DNA of 64,000 bases from Marinobacter sp. (GCF_041690615.1 NZ_JAWLGY010000004.1:117650-181649); one strand, 5' to 3'. Positions 11,319 to 20,682 are shown, counted from the first letter of the stretch. Program-made: numbers and translations. Notes: a model not told the origin generated them from the letters alone.

Positions 11319-11892
11319 GCCCAAACAGCTGCGGGTAGCGACGCAGCACCAGGATCACCACCAGGTCATACACTGCGTGCCACACCATCACCAGCTGGAT
11401 ACTGTCGGTAACAGCATAGGCAACCCCGAACACGGCCCCCAATGCCGTCGCCACCAGGAAATAGGCCCGAGACAGGGCATGGGCCAGCCCGAACACGACG
11501 GCCCCCGCCAGAATGCCTGATGCAGTGCCCAGATGCTCCCCGATCCAACCCTGGATCACAGCCCGGAACAACAACTCTTCCCCCACCCCGGCCAGCACGG
11601 CCAGCCCAATCAGAACGGGCCACGACTGGGAACGCACAAAGCGATGCAGGTCGCGGATATGTGTCTGCAAGCTATCTGATGACAACACATCCGTGACCGA
11701 GAGGAGCAACAGCAGCCCATAGGTCAGCAGGCCACCGGCGACGCCCCAGGCAAGATAGCCGGAAACCGGCAAACCGCCAGTAGCAACCGGGATATCAAAC
11801 AGCCAGAGGGGAATCAGCCCCAATAGCACAATGCCGGCCTGGAACAGCAGCCCCACCGCCGGAGTGAATCCACGTCTTCGCTTTGCTGCCAT
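11293..11892 (-). CDS. CPBP/Abi family intramembrane metalloprotease
   Basis: GEELLFRA, FGLAH and HAVYD motifs. Confidence 0.88.
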   Translation of the reverse strand: MAAKRRRGFTPAVGLLFQAGIVLLGLIPLWLFDIPVATGGLPVSGYLAWGVAGGLLTYGLLLLLSVTDVLSSDSLQTHIRDLHRFVRSQSWPVLIGLAVLAGVGEELLFRAVIQGWIGEHLGTASGILAGAVVFGLAHALSRAYFLVATALGAVFGVAYAVTDSIQLVMVWHAVYDLVVILVLRRYPQLFGLSRTAGPG

Positions 11893-12069
11893 CGGTTACT
11901 GCCTTATTCATATATCGTATAAAAACGCTTGCGGGATCGCGATCATGCATTACCGGAAAGACCTGCTCCCGGAGAAACCTGGCCATCACGAAACTGATCA
12001 GAAAATAGACACTCCCGCAGTTTCCGCTAGTATTTAGTCAACAGGCACACAACCAGGGGAGCGTGAGCC

Positions 12070-12678
12070 ATGAACTTGCCAATATCCATCCGCCAACTTT
12101 GCCTGCTACTGATGCTGGGACTGACCTGGCTGCCAACTTCAGCCGTCGGGCAATCGGCAGAGGAGCTACTCAGGGAAATCAACGAGCGCAAGGAACGGAT
12201 CAATCAGTTCCGGGCGCTGCTCAATGACCCGGACCAGACCACCCGGCTGGCGGCACTGGACGTGATGCTCAAATCGGAGGATCCCGCCATGAAGGAGATC
12301 GCCTACGGCGCCGGCTTCAGCAGTGCCGATGATGCCATGCGGGCCCTGGCGCTTAAAGGTAAGTTTCGTGAGCTCACCGTTCTGCCGCTCACTCTGAGCC
12401 CCGAAGATGACCCAACTGAGAACGAGAAGAAAATTCTTCAGCAGTGGGCTGACATCTACCGTTTCCAGTTGAGCGATTTTGATGACTCTACCGGTAGCTT
12501 CACCTTCAGGGGGGGGGACTCCTCAGGCAGGGGGCAGGTGAGCGGCACAGGTATGGAATTCGAAAGCGGGTATTGTCGAGGCCAGTTCACTCTCGGCGAT
12601 GGTGCGTCACTGGTTGGGGAACTGCGGTGCCAGTCCGGCTACCAGGGGCGTTACATCGCAACGGCACGGTTACAATAG
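12070..12678 (+). CDS. Hypothetical secreted protein with a HEAT-like helical segment
   Basis: Signal peptide; LLNDPDQTTRLAAL HEAT-like stretch; beta-rich C-terminus; GGGGAG RBS. Confidence 0.7.
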   Translation: MNLPISIRQLCLLLMLGLTWLPTSAVGQSAEELLREINERKERINQFRALLNDPDQTTRLAALDVMLKSEDPAMKEIAYGAGFSSADDAMRALALKGKFRELTVLPLTLSPEDDPTENEKKILQQWADIYRFQLSDFDDSTGSFTFRGGDSSGRGQVSGTGMEFESGYCRGQFTLGDGASLVGELRCQSGYQGRYIATARLQ

Positions 12679-12682
12679 CGGC

Positions 12683-13780
12683 TCACAGGGGAGGCACCCG
12701 TAAAGCCCCCAGCCCGACAGCGTTTTCGTCGCCCCAATGGGAATGAATTCGCAACATCACCTGCTGGGCCCGCACCGGCGCAAACCGGACAGTACGGGTT
12801 GGTTCGTTCTGAAAGTAGGTACCCGTATACACGGGCATCCAGCCGCCGTCGGCGGTTGTCCTGATCAGCACCTCGAAATCCCTTGGCAAACGTTCTGACG
12901 GCGCCACTCCTTCGCCCACCAGTTCAACCCGGTCAATGGCTACGGCCCGGTCGCCCGCCAGGTCCACAATAACTTCCAGGGGAAACTCTCCTGCCCGCGC
13001 CAGCCAGGGTGCCTTGCCACTCCCCAACAGGTTTGTCGCCCGATGATCGCCGTCCAGCGGTGCGCTGGACCAGCTCAGAACTTCAGTAACAAGGTTGCCT
13101 GACCCGGCCGGGCCAGCCTCCTGAGGTTGCTCGCTGGCAGGCCCACGCTTCGCAGCGGCCAGTCCGAAGAACGGTCTGAGGGTTTCCAGGGTACGGTCAA
13201 ACCGCAAAGCACGCCCATCACCGGTGTCCGGGTCTACGGACATCAGGAGCCCGACAGGCAGGCTCCCCAGCGTTACCAGGCTACCACTCAGCCCCTTGAA
13301 CAACTGATCCTGTTCGCCAACAGGACTGACGCGGATATAGAGGATCCCAACATCGGAAATCAGCACATGTCTCCGGCTGACACTACCATCGGGGTTTACA
13401 GAAACCACCTGAGCGGAACCGGCCGAGGCAAGATGGCTGTCAAGGCTCACCACCTGGTCAATGGCGGTGCCACACTCCGACGTAATCCCTCCGGTAACCC
13501 GCAGAACAGCCAGGTCATAGCCGAACACCTGCAGAAGGTCTCCGTCGCCCCGGGATCGCCCATCGCCGGTACCGACCAACGTCGAGAAAAGACTGTCTCC
13601 AACAACGTGGGCCGGCGTAACGGCGTAGCACTCCCCCAGCCGCCCCATCAGCACCGCCTGGCCCTGCTCTCCGGCATCGATAAAGGCCTGGTCGGGGCCG
13701 GCCGCGGCGGCCGAGGTGGCCAGGGCCAGCCACAACAGCAGGGCAGAAACCGGGGCCGCAGGCAACCTGTTCTCAGCCAT
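12683..13780 (-). CDS. Secreted trypsin-like serine protease fused to an F5/8 type C (discoidin-like) domain
   Basis: Signal peptide; TPAH(58)VV, YD(89)LAVL and KGLS(165)GS in catalytic-triad order; C-terminal VIVDL..PRDFEV..W..F.P..A..V.LRI pattern. Confidence 0.7.
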   Translation of the reverse strand: MAENRLPAAPVSALLLWLALATSAAAAGPDQAFIDAGEQGQAVLMGRLGECYAVTPAHVVGDSLFSTLVGTGDGRSRGDGDLLQVFGYDLAVLRVTGGITSECGTAIDQVVSLDSHLASAGSAQVVSVNPDGSVSRRHVLISDVGILYIRVSPVGEQDQLFKGLSGSLVTLGSLPVGLLMSVDPDTGDGRALRFDRTLETLRPFFGLAAAKRGPASEQPQEAGPAGSGNLVTEVLSWSSAPLDGDHRATNLLGSGKAPWLARAGEFPLEVIVDLAGDRAVAIDRVELVGEGVAPSERLPRDFEVLIRTTADGGWMPVYTGTYFQNEPTRTVRFAPVRAQQVMLRIHSHWGDENAVGLGALRVPPL

Positions 13781-14753
13781 TCTGCCCCTCCCGATTGTGC
13801 GTTCCGATATCACGGCATTTCGTGTAGATTTCGAGGGCGGCAAACAGAAGTGCCCCCGCGGCTGCAAGAAATGCAAGCAGCGGATCGTACAGGAAGCGGG
13901 CCCAGCGATGGGCATGGACCTGGTACCCCGTGCTCCCCAGGCGTTGAACCTGGACATAGCTGGCCGCCCCGTGGGCGATCAATTGCATGGCGTTGACGGC
14001 TTCGGTAAACCGCTCCTGATTGGCGGGCTCTACCCTGATAAACCCTTCCACGACTGCCTGCTCGGGCTCATTTCCGCCAGCATCGTTCCAGAACCGGATG
14101 CGGTCACCCGGGTCCAGCGTTGTATTCCCGGCAACGTAGCGGGTATTCCTGATCCACTGTTGCTCCAGCACGTTGATGCTGCCGGACAATAAAATGCTGT
14201 CGACCCGGGAGGTGACGTCATCACCCACTGTCAGCAAGCCTCGGAAGGGCAGGATCAGGGGGGTAAGCTCCGGCTCAAAGATCACCACGGCCCAATTGCC
14301 AAGTTGTGCCTGTACCGGTTCCGGGGCATCGAGTGTGCCAACCGGACCTTCCGGATTCTGAAGTTTGATACGCAGGGCCTGGATGCCGTGTCGCTGGACC
14401 GTCACTTCGGTGCCCCTGCCGATATTCAGGAACGTGTCCTCCGGCATCAGTATGGCCTCATCCCCGGAAGCCAGCGGATCCGACATCAACCGGCCGCCAC
14501 CCACGAGCCACTGCGAGAAAACCTCATCGGATGTCACCAGTGACAGGGTTTCCGTGACAGCCTGCACCGTGAAAATATTGTCCCGCTTTTCGATCAGGGC
14601 CCCCAGTGCCGCAAGAAGTAAAACGGTCGCCAACAAGGCAGGTATCAAAGGGATATCCCGCCAGAAAGCACTCAAAACCTCCCTCAGCCTGCGAAATGCC
14701 TCACCAGGCGCGCTTCGGGCATCCGAGACCGCAGGGGCATCATCCTTCGCCAT
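13773..14753 (-). CDS. Hypothetical membrane protein: N- and C-terminal TM helices flanking a beta-rich domain
   Basis: 326-aa ORF overlapping both neighbours; two hydrophobic helices. Confidence 0.72.
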   Translation of the reverse strand: MAKDDAPAVSDARSAPGEAFRRLREVLSAFWRDIPLIPALLATVLLLAALGALIEKRDNIFTVQAVTETLSLVTSDEVFSQWLVGGGRLMSDPLASGDEAILMPEDTFLNIGRGTEVTVQRHGIQALRIKLQNPEGPVGTLDAPEPVQAQLGNWAVVIFEPELTPLILPFRGLLTVGDDVTSRVDSILLSGSINVLEQQWIRNTRYVAGNTTLDPGDRIRFWNDAGGNEPEQAVVEGFIRVEPANQERFTEAVNAMQLIAHGAASYVQVQRLGSTGYQVHAHRWARFLYDPLLAFLAAAGALLFAALEIYTKCRDIGTHNREGQNG

Positions 14754-15472
14754 TACAAGGTTCCGTTTCCGGGCAGGTGAACCACCAGGGTGGTCGCCGG
14801 CATCATGCGATCAAACCGACGCCTCATGATCCGGACTTCGAGTAAGCCGTCCTCCGACGTTTCCATCAGCGGCACCGTACAAACCGTGTCATAGCCGGTT
14901 CGGCGGCCCGCTGTGATGGCCTGGCAGGCAATTGTTTGCGGACCCGCAACAAGATTGGTCAATACAGCGAACGTATCGGAACGACCCGAATTGACCAGGA
15001 TATCCAGGGTAGATGGCCTGTCAGCGTCAGTGCCTCTCGCTGCCACCAGTAACGGCCCGTCCGGTACTTGCTGACAATCTCCCTCGTAGCCCAGTATCGC
15101 CAGGTCCCGCGCATCGTAACGGGCAAGCTGCTCCCGATAACGGCTCTGGTACTGCAGGGGCACCAGTGAGGCATCAGCCCCTTTGGGCCAGGTGAAGGTA
15201 TTTTCGGACCAGTAAAGGCCATCCCGGGAAATAACCCGGACGCAGATATCATTGCTGGACCGGGCAGCCGAGGCGTAAAGTGCCAGTGCGTCACTGGCCG
15301 TCGCCGATCCCGCGAGCACCCCCGCCACAACCCGACCACTGACCGAGGCCTCCTCAGTAAAACTTTCCTCAAGCCCATTACCCTTGAGCCGGGCCACTAC
15401 ATCCTGCGCTGCCGTCAGGGAAGGCAACAAAACCAAGGCCACCAAAACCGGCAACCCGTAGCGAATGGTCAT
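14753..15472 (-). CDS. Hypothetical secreted protein with four cysteines
   Basis: Signal peptide MTIRYGLPVLVALVLLPSLTAA; AAGGA RBS; 1-bp overlap with the next gene. Confidence 0.72.
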   Translation of the reverse strand: MTIRYGLPVLVALVLLPSLTAAQDVVARLKGNGLEESFTEEASVSGRVVAGVLAGSATASDALALYASAARSSNDICVRVISRDGLYWSENTFTWPKGADASLVPLQYQSRYREQLARYDARDLAILGYEGDCQQVPDGPLLVAARGTDADRPSTLDILVNSGRSDTFAVLTNLVAGPQTIACQAITAGRRTGYDTVCTVPLMETSEDGLLEVRIMRRRFDRMMPATTLVVHLPGNGTL

Positions 15473-15682
15473 AGCATCAATCCTTTTACCCAGGATTATG
15501 CGGCCTGCCTGTACAACCCGGCCCAGCATCAAACCACGGTCATGTCCATAAATATAGCAGGTCAATGAATGTAGTAGTCCGTTAATACCCCCGGCTCAGA
15601 CAGCCCTGCTAGCCTGACCAGGTTGGTGCTGCATGCACGACAACCATCAGTCAGGGTCCTGAATAATCACAAGGAGAAGACC

Positions 15683-16252
15683 ATGAGCGGGAAAAAGATT
15701 CTGATGATTACCGGTGATTTCACCGAGGACTACGAAACCATGGTGCCTTTCCAGGCACTGCAGGCAGTTGGCCATAGGGTAGAGGCGGTCTGCCCTGACA
15801 AGAAGGCCGGTGACACCGTAGCGACCGCTATCCATGACTTCGAGGGCGACCAGACCTATACCGAGAAGCCGGGCCACCGCTTCGCGCTGACCGCAGATTT
15901 CGATTCCGTTGACCCTGCCAGCTACGATGCCCTGGTGATTCCGGGGGGCCGGGCGCCGGAATACCTGCGCCTGAATGACCGGGTCCTGCAAATGGTGCGG
16001 CACTTCTTTGATGCGGAAAAACCGGTGGCGGCCATATGCCATGGTGCCCAGATACTGGCGGCCGCAGGCGTACTCAAGGGCCGCAAGTGCTCAGCCTACC
16101 CGGCCTGCCAGCCGGAGGTGGAACTTGCAGGCGGCCATTTTGCCGGCCTCGAGGTGAACGAGGCGGTCACCGATGCTAATCTGGTTACAGCACCGGCATG
16201 GCCCGCACACCCGGCCTGGCTGGCCCAGTTCTTCAGACTGCTGGACCGCTGA
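15683..16252 (+). CDS. DJ-1/PfpI family protein
   Basis: [19 protein letters not shown] and AAICHG (nucleophile Cys) motifs. Confidence 0.92.
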   Translation: MSGKKILMITGDFTEDYETMVPFQALQAVGHRVEAVCPDKKAGDTVATAIHDFEGDQTYTEKPGHRFALTADFDSVDPASYDALVIPGGRAPEYLRLNDRVLQMVRHFFDAEKPVAAICHGAQILAAAGVLKGRKCSAYPACQPEVELAGGHFAGLEVNEAVTDANLVTAPAWPAHPAWLAQFFRLLDR

Positions 16253-16310
16253 ACGCCACGCAGATTGAGGGCCGGCCACCGGCCCTCAATCGCTTCCGGG
16301 AGACAGACCC

Positions 16311-16691
16311 ATGTGCAAACTGTTTATCAATGCCGATCCGGATCTCTGGGTCAGCCGCACCCATTCCCTGCGCATTGATGGCATGGCCACCAGCATTCGT
16401 ATGGAAAACACTTTCTGGACAGTGCTGGCGGAACTGGCCGAGCGGGATGGCATGAACGTTCCGCAGCTGATCACCCGCCTGTACCATGAATCCATTGATG
16501 CGGGGCATGATCTGGGCAACTTCACCTCGTTCCTCAGGGTCTGCGCCATGCGCTACCTGGCCCTGCAGCTCAGTGGCGACGTGCCGGCTGACAAGCGGGT
16601 ACCCATTGCGTCCCTGGATGCGAAGCGGATTCTCGACCGGGAGCCAAAGCCGCCCACTCTCGAGGCCGCTGGTGGAACGGCGACACACTGA
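16311..16691 (+). CDS. Ribbon-helix-helix domain protein
   Basis: SLRIDGMATSIRMENTFW..L and NFTSFLRVC pattern. Confidence 0.8.
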   Translation: MCKLFINADPDLWVSRTHSLRIDGMATSIRMENTFWTVLAELAERDGMNVPQLITRLYHESIDAGHDLGNFTSFLRVCAMRYLALQLSGDVPADKRVPIASLDAKRILDREPKPPTLEAAGGTATH

Positions 16692-16703
16692 GAGCCCGAG
16701 AGA

Positions 16704-17312
16704 TCAACCCAGCCCGCTGATGGCCAGGTGCAGCGCGATACCCGCCATCATCAACCCGATGAGGCCATCGATGACGCGCCAGGCCATCGGCCTGGACAGC
16801 AGCGGGGCAAGCGCCGAACCACCCCAGGCCAGGCCCCCGAACCAGAGGATAGACGCGCTGCTGGCACCAGCGACAAACGTTGTGGCACTTTCCTGCTGGG
16901 CGCCGATAGCCGGGATCAGCAGCAGCGTATCCAGGTACACCTGGGGATTGAGCAAGGTGACCGCCAGGGTGGTGAGCAACACGCCTTTCAGGCTTCGCGC
17001 CCCGGCCATGCCGGCTTCGAGCCGTTCCCGGCCCCGGGTGGCCCGAACGAACGCCTGCACCGCCAGCCATCCCAGGAAAGCCACGCCGAGCCAGCGCAGC
17101 ACCTCCAGTGCCTCGGGCACCGCCATCAGCGCTGCGCTGACCCCGAGCATCCCGGCACTGAACAGCATCACATCCGATATCATGCAAACCCCGGCGGACC
17201 ACCAGTGGTGCTCGCGCCGGATCGCCTGGCTCAGCACATAGGCATTCTGGGCACCAATGGCGATGATGATGCCGCCGCAGACCAGTAATCCAGTGAGGTA
17301 ACTTTCCAGCAC
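16704..17312 (-). CDS. LysE/ArgO family amino acid exporter
   Basis: IIAIGAQNAYVL and TLLNPQVYLDT motifs; GTG start inferred. Confidence 0.9.
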   Translation of the reverse strand: MLESYLTGLLVCGGIIIAIGAQNAYVLSQAIRREHHWWSAGVCMISDVMLFSAGMLGVSAALMAVPEALEVLRWLGVAFLGWLAVQAFVRATRGRERLEAGMAGARSLKGVLLTTLAVTLLNPQVYLDTLLLIPAIGAQQESATTFVAGASSASILWFGGLAWGGSALAPLLSRPMAWRVIDGLIGLMMAGIALHLAISGLG

Positions 17313-17417
17313 GTTTGCCCCGATGAGTCTCTGTAAAGGCCGACAGGATACCCCGTCGGACCGGCAGGGCAAGCCCGCGTTTGTTACACTCGACCCTCAA
17401 TTCTGATGAGGGTTACC

Positions 17418-17837
17418 ATGGCAACGTTGCTACGCCTGTCCAATGCAGTGGAGCTGGCCGACTGGGAAGTGGAGATCACCCAGATCCGTGCCCAGGGTGC
17501 TGGTGGCCAGAACGTCAACAAGGTGGCCAGCGCGGTTCACCTGCGTTTCGATATCAACCGCTCCACCCTGCCGCCCTTCTACAAGGAGCGACTGCTGGCA
17601 CTGTCTGATCACCACATCACCAAGGACGGGGTGATCATTATCAAGGCCCAGTCCTTCCGCACCTATGAACTGAACCGGCAGGACGCCCTGGACCGGCTGC
17701 AGGTGCTGATCAGGGATGCGGTGAAAGTTCAGAAAAAACGCCGGCCCACGCGCCCTACCCGCTCATCACAACGAAAGCGGGTGGACAAGAAGACCCAGCG
17801 GGGAAAGACCAAGGCCCTTCGGGGCAAGGTATTGTGA
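17418..17837 (+). CDS. arfB: Alternative ribosome rescue factor B (peptidyl-tRNA hydrolase)
   Basis: GAGGQNVNKV (GGQ motif); basic C-terminal tail KRRPTRPTRSSQRKR. Confidence 0.93.
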   Translation: MATLLRLSNAVELADWEVEITQIRAQGAGGQNVNKVASAVHLRFDINRSTLPPFYKERLLALSDHHITKDGVIIIKAQSFRTYELNRQDALDRLQVLIRDAVKVQKKRRPTRPTRSSQRKRVDKKTQRGKTKALRGKVL

Positions 17838-17929
17838 TCATGGCAGAACCTGTTCGGTTGCCGGCATCCAGCCAGACGACAATGAGTCAGCTCCCTGAAA
17901 CAATGCTTAATCAAACCGGAGGACAAGTC

Positions 17930-18658
17930 ATGTCCAGCAACGAAGTTGCCGTGGTGATCGGCGCAGGCGATGCCACGGGGGGCGCCATAGCCCGCCGCTT
18001 CGCCCGTGAGGGTTACACGGTCTGCGTCACGCGGCGTAAAGCCGAAGCCCTCGCTCCCCTGACCGGGTCCATCCAGGCAGAGGGTGGCACCGCCCATGCT
18101 TTCGGCTGTGATGCCCGGGAAGAGGACGCCATGGTCCGCCTGTTCGATGACGTAGAGAACAATATCGGACCGGTGGCGGTCACCGTGTTTAATATCGGTG
18201 CCAATGTGCGCTTTCCCATTACCGAAACTACCGCCCGGGTCTACCGGAAAGTTTGGGAGATGGCCGCCTTTGCCGGCTTTCTCACAGGCCGGGAAGCGGC
18301 CCGGGTCATGCTGCCCCGCCAGCGTGGCACCATCATTTTTACCGGCGCTACCGCCTCGCTGCGGGGCAGCAGCGGCTTTTCTGCCTTTGCCGGCGCAAAA
18401 TTCGCATTGCGGGCACTCGCCCAAAGCATGGCCCGGGAACTGGGCCCCCAGGGCATCCACGTAGCCCACAGCATTATTGACGGCGCCATCGATACCGACT
18501 TTATCCGCAGCAATTTTCCCGACCGATACGCCCTCAAGGAAAGGGATGGCATCCTGAATCCTGACCACATCGCCGAGCAGTATGTACAGCTCCATCGCCA
18601 GCCCCGGGACGCCTGGACCCACGAACTGGACCTCCGCCCCTGGATGGAAACCTTCTGA
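17930..18658 (+). CDS. SDR family oxidoreductase
   Basis: GAGDATGGAIARRFA, TGATASLRG and FAGAK motifs. Confidence 0.9.
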   Translation: MSSNEVAVVIGAGDATGGAIARRFAREGYTVCVTRRKAEALAPLTGSIQAEGGTAHAFGCDAREEDAMVRLFDDVENNIGPVAVTVFNIGANVRFPITETTARVYRKVWEMAAFAGFLTGREAARVMLPRQRGTIIFTGATASLRGSSGFSAFAGAKFALRALAQSMARELGPQGIHVAHSIIDGAIDTDFIRSNFPDRYALKERDGILNPDHIAEQYVQLHRQPRDAWTHELDLRPWMETF

Positions 18659-18683
18659 ACGATTCAAAGAACGGAGAGGAACC

Positions 18684-19268
18684 ATGCGCAAGACTGTAGA
18701 GTTTTACTTTGACGTAGGCAGCCCCGCCAGCTACCTGGCCTGGAGCCAACTGCCTGACCTGGTTAGCCGCCACGACGCCGAGCTGGTGTGGAAGCCCATG
18801 CTGCTCGGTGGTGTGTTTCAGGCCACAGGCAACCAGTCTCCGGCGACCATTGAGGCCAAGGGGCGCTATTCCCGCATGGATATGCAACGCTTCGCCCGCC
18901 GTTATGGTGTGACCCTCAACCAGAACCCGTACTTCCCGGTCAATACGCTTCAATTGATGCGTGGCGCCGTGGCTTACCTTGATACACCGCGATTCAGTGA
19001 CTATCTGACTGCCGTCTTCAAGGGCATGTGGGTCGATGAACAGAATATGGGCGAGCCAGAGGTTGTGGCACGGGTGCTTTCCGCCGCCGGGTTCAACCCC
19101 GACGACGTCATGGCCCGGATCGGCGATCCGGCGGTGAAGGACCGTCTCAAGGCGATAACCACCGAAGCGGTGGAACGGGGCGTGTTCGGGGCGCCAACCC
19201 TTTTCGTGGGCGGCGACATGTATTTCGGGCAAGACAGGCTCTGGATGGTGGAAGAAACCCTCTCCTGA
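18684..19268 (+). CDS. 2-hydroxychromene-2-carboxylate isomerase / DsbA-like protein
   Basis: FYFDVGSPASYLA, RGVFGAPT and YFGQDRL motifs. Confidence 0.88.
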   Translation: MRKTVEFYFDVGSPASYLAWSQLPDLVSRHDAELVWKPMLLGGVFQATGNQSPATIEAKGRYSRMDMQRFARRYGVTLNQNPYFPVNTLQLMRGAVAYLDTPRFSDYLTAVFKGMWVDEQNMGEPEVVARVLSAAGFNPDDVMARIGDPAVKDRLKAITTEAVERGVFGAPTLFVGGDMYFGQDRLWMVEETLS

Positions 19269-19310
19269 GCAGGAATCCGCCCCCGGGCTGCGCGGGATTG
19301 TGAATGGCGC

Positions 19311-19577
19311 TCAGCGCAACTGCGAGTCCTTGCTGCCCCGCCGGTTGAACAGACTCACTTCCGCCTGCTCCTTATCACGCTCACCCTGGCACCGAACGCA
19401 CAGGCGAACGCCGGGCAGCGCCTGGCGACGGGCTTCGGGTATGGGCTCGCCGCACTCGTCACAATGGGTCAGGCTTTCGCCTTGCGGGAGGTTAGCGCGA
19501 GCCCGTTCGAGGGCATCGTCAACGGTGCTGTCGATTTGGTCCTGCACGGCACCGTCCTTTGACCAGCCACCTGCCAT
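19311..19577 (-). CDS. DksA/TraR family C4 zinc-finger protein (YbiI-like)
   Basis: MAGGW start; CDECGEPIPEARRQALPGVRLCVRC. Confidence 0.9.
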   Translation of the reverse strand: MAGGWSKDGAVQDQIDSTVDDALERARANLPQGESLTHCDECGEPIPEARRQALPGVRLCVRCQGERDKEQAEVSLFNRRGSKDSQLR

Positions 19578-19578
19578 A

Positions 19579-19902
19579 TCAGTCCTCCTTCCGGCCGGGC
19601 GGCATCACCACCCATTCCGGGTCTTCAAACTCGCCGATGGGCGTAATGTCCACGAAAGGCGCCGCGCTACGGATAATCTCTGCGATTTCCGGGTTATGCT
19701 GCCCTTCCATGGCATCCCGCTGGGCCTTGCTTTCCCAGCTGGCAATGGCGATCAGGGTGTCCGGATCACCGATCTTGCGATGCAGCTCAGTACCCCGGGC
19801 ACCCGGAGCCTGCTGAATGAGCTCACTGGCCCGTACCCAGGCATCTGCGTATTCCTCGGCGGTGTGACCTTCCCTGATGCGAACCTCGAAAATAAATTTC
19901 AC
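19579..19902 (-). CDS. Antibiotic biosynthesis monooxygenase-like protein
   Basis: PGARGTELHR..W ferredoxin-like pattern; tightly packed in an operon. Confidence 0.7.
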   Translation of the reverse strand: MKFIFEVRIREGHTAEEYADAWVRASELIQQAPGARGTELHRKIGDPDTLIAIASWESKAQRDAMEGQHNPEIAEIIRSAAPFVDITPIGEFEDPEWVVMPPGRKED

Positions 19903-19914
19903 ACGTCCTCCCGG

Positions 19915-20682
19915 TCAGTCCTCATAGATCATCTTGCGGGTCATGCCGCCATCTACCACGATGTTCTGGCCGGTGACAAACCCCGCCTTGTCGGAAATGA
20001 GGAAGGCCACGGTAGCCGCGACATCGTCGGCCGTGCCAACCCGGCCCACGGGGTGCTGTTCGTGATCACGCTCCGACAGCGGCTCCGGAATTTCGTTAGC
20101 GCCGGCCTGTTCTGCCCGCACGTCGATCCAGCCGGGGCTGATACAGTTCACCCGGATCTCCGGCCCCAGGCTGACGGCGAGCGCATGGGTCAGCGCTACA
20201 AGGCCTCCCTTGGTGGCGGCGTAGGCCTCAGTGTCAGGTTCGGACTGGAGGGCCCTGGTAGAAGCAATATTGACGATGGTTCCCCTGGTGTCCCGGAGAG
20301 GCCTCGTACCATACTTCGCCATGAGAAATGGCCCGGTGAGATTGACATCCAGTCTTCTTTGCCAGACCGTCAGATCTAGATCTTCCACCGGCCCGGTCTC
20401 CGGCTCGGCAAGACCAGCATTATTGATCAGAGCATCGAGGCGGCCACCCCAGGACAGGGTCTGGGTTACCGCACGCGCCACCTGCGCCTCCACCGAGACG
20501 TCTGCCTCAACGAAGTACAGATTCTCACTGTCAGGCTGCTGCGCCAGGAAATCGCGGGCTGCGCCACTGTCCACATCGCATATGACGACGCGCCAGCCCT
20601 TCCCCAGCAGGTGCCGGGTGATACCTCGGCCGATGCCCCGGGCCCCGCCCGTGACCAGAGCGACCTTTTTATCCTGACTCAA
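19915..20682 (-). CDS. SDR family oxidoreductase
   Basis: [12 protein letters not shown] and YAATKGG motifs. Confidence 0.92.
   Translation of the reverse strand: MSQDKKVALVTGGARGIGRGITRHLLGKGWRVVICDVDSGAARDFLAQQPDSENLYFVEADVSVEAQVARAVTQTLSWGGRLDALINNAGLAEPETGPVEDLDLTVWQRRLDVNLTGPFLMAKYGTRPLRDTRGTIVNIASTRALQSEPDTEAYAATKGGLVALTHALAVSLGPEIRVNCISPGWIDVRAEQAGANEIPEPLSERDHEQHPVGRVGTADDVAATVAFLISDKAGFVTGQNIVVDGGMTRKMIYED

Noticed and set aside
11946-12038. 30-aa ORF (MHYRKDLL...) upstream of the secreted-protein gene
   Set aside because: No RBS and no hydrophobic or other signature.
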